The position numbers and the translations under genes were made by a program. A stretch of 63,543 nt of DNA, the filler included. It is 8 parts of 8 records of this genome, joined end to end, with 100 filler letters (N's around TTAATTAATTAA, not from the genome) between each part and the next. Parts side by side here need not be neighbours in the genome. Positions count along the whole stretch, not along the records: positions 58,171 to 63,543 come from SRR20825010_3523; 7 more parts are not named here. One strand, given 5' to 3'. Of this stretch, positions 58,567 to 63,543 are shown in pieces. Each line of letters opens with the position of its first letter. The first letter of the stretch is position 1. The notes under the pieces were generated by a model. That model worked only from the letters and a program-made list of their open reading frames with translations, had not been told where the DNA came from and did not search any database.

Positions 58567-59589
58567 TTATTTGGCGGCGTCTTTGGCGGCACGCCATGCT
58601 GCCAAGACGTCTTCACGGTTCTCGGCTGCCTCAAGCTGATCGAAATCATGGACTTTAATATCCGCTATGGCTGGCAGCCCGGCGATTTCCGTGACGTCGA
58701 CATCGATGCTGACAGGACGGCGGAAAGTGGCGCGGAACACGTGCTCTTGCAGACCAGGAGAGGCAAGCAGATCCATCATTTTTGCAGCGCCTTCGGAATT
58801 GGGTGCGCCGGCTATCATGCCCATGCCTTCGGGTGACAGATAGGTGCCCTCGGTCGGGTAAACCAATTTGATCTCGTCTTGACCGCCGTCAACATACGCA
58901 TATGCCGAATATTCCATTGTAATCCCGACAGGGAATTCGCCCGCCGCCACGCTTTTGTAAACCTGGCTGGAGCTGTTGGTGATCACCGCCACTTTTGCCA
59001 GCGCGTCCAATCCATCCTGACCAAAAGTTTGATACAAGCCATAAACCTGCGCATAGGCCGACGAGGATTTTTCAGGGTCGCCCATGATCAGCTTGCCTTC
59101 CCACTTCGGATCAAAGACGTCGCTCCATGTTTCGGGCGCTTCCAGACCGCGTAATTGACGTTCGTTGACCATCAGGACCATTACGTGCGTGTTGGTGCCA
59201 GTCCATAGGCCGTCAGGGCCAACCATCGTTTTCGGAAGGGTGTTGGTCGCCTCTGAATTGTGGGGCTGAAAAAGATCGGAGTAAGCGCCAAGCGTCGCAA
59301 AACCCGCACTCCAGAAAATATCGCCTTGAGCACTGCCAACTTCAGCCTGAATTCTCTGCATAAGTGCGCCAGTGTTGCCCGCGACCACGGTCACCTCCAA
59401 ATCAGGCATGTTTTCCGATACATAGTCCATCACGGCTTCAACTGTGGAAGAGTTGTTACCGGAGTAAACAACCACATCATCCGCCTTGGCCGGTTCGGCA
59501 ATGGCCAACGTCGCCACGACTGCGGTCGTTGTCAGGGATTTATAGAACATTTTGGTATTCCTAAGCTTGAGTTGAGGGAAACTGGTCAT
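58567..59589 (-). CDS. ABC substrate-binding protein (Fe3+/AfuA/sugar-phosphate type)
   Basis: Signal peptide, VVVYS, GDIFW, P.TWSD, DPEKSSSA, VYPTEG. Confidence 0.88.
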   Translation of the reverse strand: MTSFPQLKLRNTKMFYKSLTTTAVVATLAIAEPAKADDVVVYSGNNSSTVEAVMDYVSENMPDLEVTVVAGNTGALMQRIQAEVGSAQGDIFWSAGFATLGAYSDLFQPHNSEATNTLPKTMVGPDGLWTGTNTHVMVLMVNERQLRGLEAPETWSDVFDPKWEGKLIMGDPEKSSSAYAQVYGLYQTFGQDGLDALAKVAVITNSSSQVYKSVAAGEFPVGITMEYSAYAYVDGGQDEIKLVYPTEGTYLSPEGMGMIAGAPNSEGAAKMMDLLASPGLQEHVFRATFRRPVSIDVDVTEIAGLPAIADIKVHDFDQLEAAENREDVLAAWRAAKDAAK

Positions 59590-61247
59590 TGGCAGGTGCC
59601 GAACAAATCGATCTTGAAAACGCGCATGACGATGGTCAGCGGCAAAAAGATCGAAACGATTAGGATAGCGCTGTAGGCCGAGGCCGGACCGAAGTAGCCA
59701 CCGTTAAGTTGCTGAAAAATCTGAATCGGCATGGTCGAAAGTCCGGCGCTGTATAGGACGATGGTTGCGCTTAGCTCGGACAGTGTGGTGACCCACATAA
59801 AGATCGCCCCGCTGATAATCGCGGGCGTCATGATGGGTAGGACGACCTGGAAGAAGCTGCGTAGAGGGGCAACGCCGAGGTTTATCGAAGCCTCTTCGAT
59901 ATTGTCGCGAATAGCGTGAACCGAGCCCGACATTGTGCGGATGCCATAGGGCACCCGACGCACAAAATAGGCCATGGCCATGATGAACCACGTACCAGTC
60001 ATGGCAAAGGGTCCAGTGTTGTAGGCCGCCACCAGCGCAATACCCAGAACGGTGCCCGCCACGACCAATGGCAACACGGCTGCAAAATCAAGGATGATTG
60101 TTAGGGCAGACCGTTTTTTTACTAGCACATAGCTGGCGATCACCGAAAAGACTGTTCCGACGAGAGTCGCTATGCTGGACAAGATCAGCGAGTTATAGAG
60201 TGCCTCTGGCGTAAAAATGATTGCCCGACGCAGGTTTTCGACGCTGAAAGTGCCCCAATGTAGCACCGGGCCTTTGCTGTGGGTGAATGCAGCTACGGTG
60301 ACGATTATAATGGGCAGAAGAGACACCAAGACGAAACACAACAAGCCGCCGCTAACCATGCGACCCTTTGCAAGAGGTAGCTTGACGGGCTGGGGTGCGC
60401 GGCCGCTCTCCATTTGATAGACACGGTGTTCGACGTAGACCTTTTGCAACAAAAGCACGCTGGCGGCGATGAGGACCAGCATCACCGACATCGTTGACTG
60501 CATAAGCGGGTCGCTGCCCAACTCGCTTACAAAGGTGTTGTAGGCCGTTACCGATAGGATTGGCACGCGGGGTGCAATTATTGCAGGGATGCCGAAATTG
60601 TCGACGGACATGGAGAAAACCACCATCGCGGTGACCAAAACGGCGGGTGCAAGCACTGGAATGGTCACAGTCATGTAGCTGCGCAGCGGGGAAGAACCCA
60701 GATTTTGCGCTGCTTGTTCTAGACTGCTATCGATCGATTTGAAGGCCGCAATAACCATCAAATAGGCAAAGGCGTAATGCTGGATGATCATCACAAAGAT
60801 AAGACCGGTCCAGCCGTAAAACCTGGGCGTATTGATATCAAAAACATCCCAGATGAAATTGGTCACAATTCCATTGTTACCAAACACCATTAACCACGAT
60901 TGAACAACGATTACATCGGGGAGAACCAGTGTCGCCAGTGGAAGAAGGCCAATCAGCGACTTGAGAGGAAAGTCAAACCGCGCCACGGCGAAAGCGGTCC
61001 CAATTCCCAGGATCAACGCCCCAATCGTGGTGATCGCCCCCAACAAAAGAGTGTTGATCAGCGCGTCAACCAAGTCTGGCGTCGCAAAGAAGGTCCGATA
61101 CCCTTCAAGGCTAAAACCGCCTTCGTTCGGGGAGGTAACACTTGCGGTGAAAAGCGAGGAAAGTGGGTACAAAATTGCGAAAATCAGGACGGACAGAGCG
61201 ATTAAAGTGGCATAGGTCCAGATAGATATGCGGGAAAGGCGTTGCAT
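59586..61247 (-). CDS. ABC permease (two-domain, FbpB/AfuB-type)
   Basis: Two EAA loops: LEQAAQNLG and IEEASINLG. Confidence 0.9.
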   Translation of the reverse strand: MQRLSRISIWTYATLIALSVLIFAILYPLSSLFTASVTSPNEGGFSLEGYRTFFATPDLVDALINTLLLGAITTIGALILGIGTAFAVARFDFPLKSLIGLLPLATLVLPDVIVVQSWLMVFGNNGIVTNFIWDVFDINTPRFYGWTGLIFVMIIQHYAFAYLMVIAAFKSIDSSLEQAAQNLGSSPLRSYMTVTIPVLAPAVLVTAMVVFSMSVDNFGIPAIIAPRVPILSVTAYNTFVSELGSDPLMQSTMSVMLVLIAASVLLLQKVYVEHRVYQMESGRAPQPVKLPLAKGRMVSGGLLCFVLVSLLPIIIVTVAAFTHSKGPVLHWGTFSVENLRRAIIFTPEALYNSLILSSIATLVGTVFSVIASYVLVKKRSALTIILDFAAVLPLVVAGTVLGIALVAAYNTGPFAMTGTWFIMAMAYFVRRVPYGIRTMSGSVHAIRDNIEEASINLGVAPLRSFFQVVLPIMTPAIISGAIFMWVTTLSELSATIVLYSAGLSTMPIQIFQQLNGGYFGPASAYSAILIVSIFLPLTIVMRVFKIDLFGTCQ

Positions 61248-61248
61248 G

Positions 61249-62307
61249 TCAGACGTCCCTCACCAAGCAGCACTGTTCGGAAAAATCGATTGATACGGTA
61301 GCACCGTTCGCGAATTGCGGGGAGTTAAACCCGGTTGTCTGCGTGACCTTCAAATGTTCCCCTGTCGGCAGGGCGACCTGATAACTGGTTTGCCCCCCCA
61401 GAAAGACCACGGCTGTAACTGTCCCGTTGATTGTGTCGGACCCGGCATTTGACAGCGACGCCTCTTGGTGGTGAACGCAAAGTTTCACAGGCTCGCCTGG
61501 GCGGCATCCGTTGGCCGCAACCCGAAATTCAGATCCCAGGATTAGACAAGTCGCCGTTTCGTTCTGAACGTCTTTGACGTCTACGGCCAGCAGGTTGGCT
61601 CCGCCCACGAACGCAGCCGTATAGCTCGTTCGTGGGCGATGATGCAAATCGTGGGGCGTGGATAGTTGCTCGATTTGACCGTTGCACATGAGGGCAATCT
61701 GATCTGACATAGACAAGGCTTCGTCTTGGTCATGGGTCACAAATATCGTGGTTACCCCGACCTCGCGTTGGATCTCACTTAGAAACAGCCGCATTTCCTG
61801 ACGCAGGTTCGCATCAAGCGCCGAGAGCGGTTCGTCCATCAAAAGAACATCCGGCTCAATCACCAAAGCACGCGCCAAGGCCACGCGTTGACGCTGTCCA
61901 CCACTGAGTTCGCTGGTCGCGCGATTGGCAAATTTACTCAGCCCCACCCGGCCCAGATAGGTTGTCACCTTGGCGGAAATATCCGCTTCGTTGACCTTGC
62001 GCGCCCGCAGCCCATAAGCAACGTTGTCAAAGACATTTTGATGTGGAAACAGCGCATAGTCCTGAAACACCAAGCCTGTATTGCGCTTGTGCGGCACAAC
62101 ATGGGTCATATCCCGCGTGCCAAAGCGCACTGTGCCGCTGTCGGGCCTGATAAACCCGGCGATCGCCCGCAAAAGCGTCGATTTCCCACAGCCACTAGGG
62201 CCAAGAAGCGTGAAAAAACCACCCGAAGAAATGCTCAGCGACAGGTTTTCCAGAACCGCCACCGGGCCAAATGAAACAGAAACATCTTCGAAATCGACTT
62301 GGGTCAC
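61249..62307 (-). CDS. ABC ATPase (PotA/FbpC-type, TOBE domain)
   Basis: GPSGCGKST, VFQDYALFPH, LSGGQRQR, MDEPLSALD. Confidence 0.93.
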   Translation of the reverse strand: MTQVDFEDVSVSFGPVAVLENLSLSISSGGFFTLLGPSGCGKSTLLRAIAGFIRPDSGTVRFGTRDMTHVVPHKRNTGLVFQDYALFPHQNVFDNVAYGLRARKVNEADISAKVTTYLGRVGLSKFANRATSELSGGQRQRVALARALVIEPDVLLMDEPLSALDANLRQEMRLFLSEIQREVGVTTIFVTHDQDEALSMSDQIALMCNGQIEQLSTPHDLHHRPRTSYTAAFVGGANLLAVDVKDVQNETATCLILGSEFRVAANGCRPGEPVKLCVHHQEASLSNAGSDTINGTVTAVVFLGGQTSYQVALPTGEHLKVTQTTGFNSPQFANGATVSIDFSEQCCLVRDV

Positions 62308-62447
62308 TATCGCCTAATCCAATCCTTCAAACGTCCGATGCGGAGCTCGTGAGGTTGCGTTCTTCCTAAGCTTGCTTTGTAACACTAGGGCTTCACTGAT
62401 CGCTAAATTCGATGAATAAAGGGGCTGCTGATCATGTATCAGAAGCC

Positions 62448-63342
62448 ATGGACCAAAAAGATTCGCCCCTCCCGCTCAACGCTCTGCGCGTGTATGTAGC
62501 CATTGTGCGGGAGTTGAGTATCACCAAGGCGGCCAAGACGATTGGCTCGACGCAAAGCTCGGTCAGCCGCCACCTTGCCGTGCTTGAACAGTATGTCGGG
62601 GATAAATTGGTCGAGCGCGTGGACCGCAATATACGGTTGACTAAGCTGGGTTATGTATTGGCGGAATCCGTAACCGAGCCACTCGAGATGGTCACATTTT
62701 CAGTCAACCGTATGCGCCGCAGGTACACCCGCGAACGGCGCATCACTGTCAGGACGTCGCTTCCGACGTTGACGAGCCTGTTTATTGTCCCGCGACTGCC
62801 CGATTTTTTCGGGAATATGGGGTGATTGTTGACATATACACATCGTTAACACCGGCCGAACCGGCGCAGAGATATGATGTGCTTTTGACCCGCGACCTTG
62901 TCTTGGATACCCCATCGGATGAATGGAAATTGGCGAATGAATTCATCGTGTGCGCAGGGTGCCCCGAGCGTATAGAAACCCTTGGACAAGTGGTGATCCG
63001 TTCCAAGCCAATCTTCACTGCAAGCTCCCGTCCAGACCTTGTTTCGCGTTTTGCAAAGCACATCTGAATTGGTGACGCGGATATGTCTTTGGGTGCGGTG
63101 TTTGATCACCACAATCTGACGGTGCCCGCTGCATTGCTGGTCTGGCGCTTTATGTCGGACCACAACTTTATGTGCAGGATGCGATGACCGGGGGGGACTT
63201 GATAGTTGTGCCTGTTTGTCGATTTTAAACCGAAATGCAGTATCGTGCCATATCCCGGGACTCGAGCCCTAATGTCGCCTTTGCGCGCGAATTCTGTAAA
63301 TGGCTTGCGCGAACCTGCAAGGAAGTCAGCTCGACCAGCTAA
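62448..63342 (+). pseudogene. LysR-family regulator pseudogene (GcvA-like)
   Basis: Intact HTH (PLNALR...SITKAA...TQSSVSRH), then a frameshift near 62810, TGA at 63065, a frameshift near 63132 and TAA at 63226; remnant ends AREFCKWL...*. Confidence 0.8.
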
Positions 63343-63455
63343 TGCCTATTTGAGATAGAAGTGACACGAGAGCTGAGAATATCGCCCGGGCCATGAATTC
63401 TTCAAAAACCTGATCGATTGATGCCGTCTGCGAGATGCTTGTCGTGGTGCTTTGG

Positions 63456-63543
63456 CTAGGTCGTGTTGACAAATGACGAACCCAAAGCCGGATTGACGTG
63501 ATGTCGATGAAGCCTAGGCTGTGTTGCCAAAAGGGATTCACAG
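63456..63543. mobile_element. IS5-family remnants: right end of one element plus the end of a second inserted at CTAG
   Basis: Minus-strand LGFIDITSIRLWVRHLST resembles an IS5/IS427-group transposase C-terminus; ends read CTAGGTCGTGTTGACAAA and CTAGGCTGTGTTGCCAAAAGGGATTC. Confidence 0.7.

Overview
This window is not one locus. It is eight contigs joined by identical 100-nt artificial spacers (44 N + TTAATTAATTAA + 44 N). Taxonomic labels are my inference from gene content and sequence style. (1) 1-12885, betaproteobacterium (Limnobacter-like): partial SenA/EgtB-family gene missed by the ORF track, FadR regulator plus desaturase, NnrU, an atypical RegBA-like pair divergent from a TonB-dependent receptor, lipoprotein hydrolase, HPP protein, acyltransferase and Fic. 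(2) 12986-22433, Marinobacter-like: partial tRNA-Leu, cydABDC and the etfA 3' end. (3) 22534-29589, Limnobacter-like: cydAB plus a sulfurtransferase, murI, rsmA-pdxA-surA-lptD. (4) 29690-36155, Thalassospira-like: redox-stress genes, a candidate suhB/MmgR-like sRNA and branched-sugar genes. (5) 36256-42101, Alcanivorax-like: desaturase, AraC, TetR, MpaB/Lcp-type oxygenase, SDR and a candidate orphan sRNA. (6) 42202-47445 and (7) 47546-58070, Bacteroidota (Algoriphagus-like): PhoPR-like pair, rplM-rpsI-rpsB, tandem DUF1080 genes sharing a duplicated leader, a toxin-antitoxin pair and mscL. (8) 58171-63543, Rhodobacteraceae-like: ABC importer, decayed LysR and nested IS5-family ends. No CRISPR array or prophage was seen. 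The best candidates for something undescribed are the RegBA-like/TBDR module, the two orphan sRNAs, the MpaB/Lcp module and the duplicated Bacteroidota leader element.
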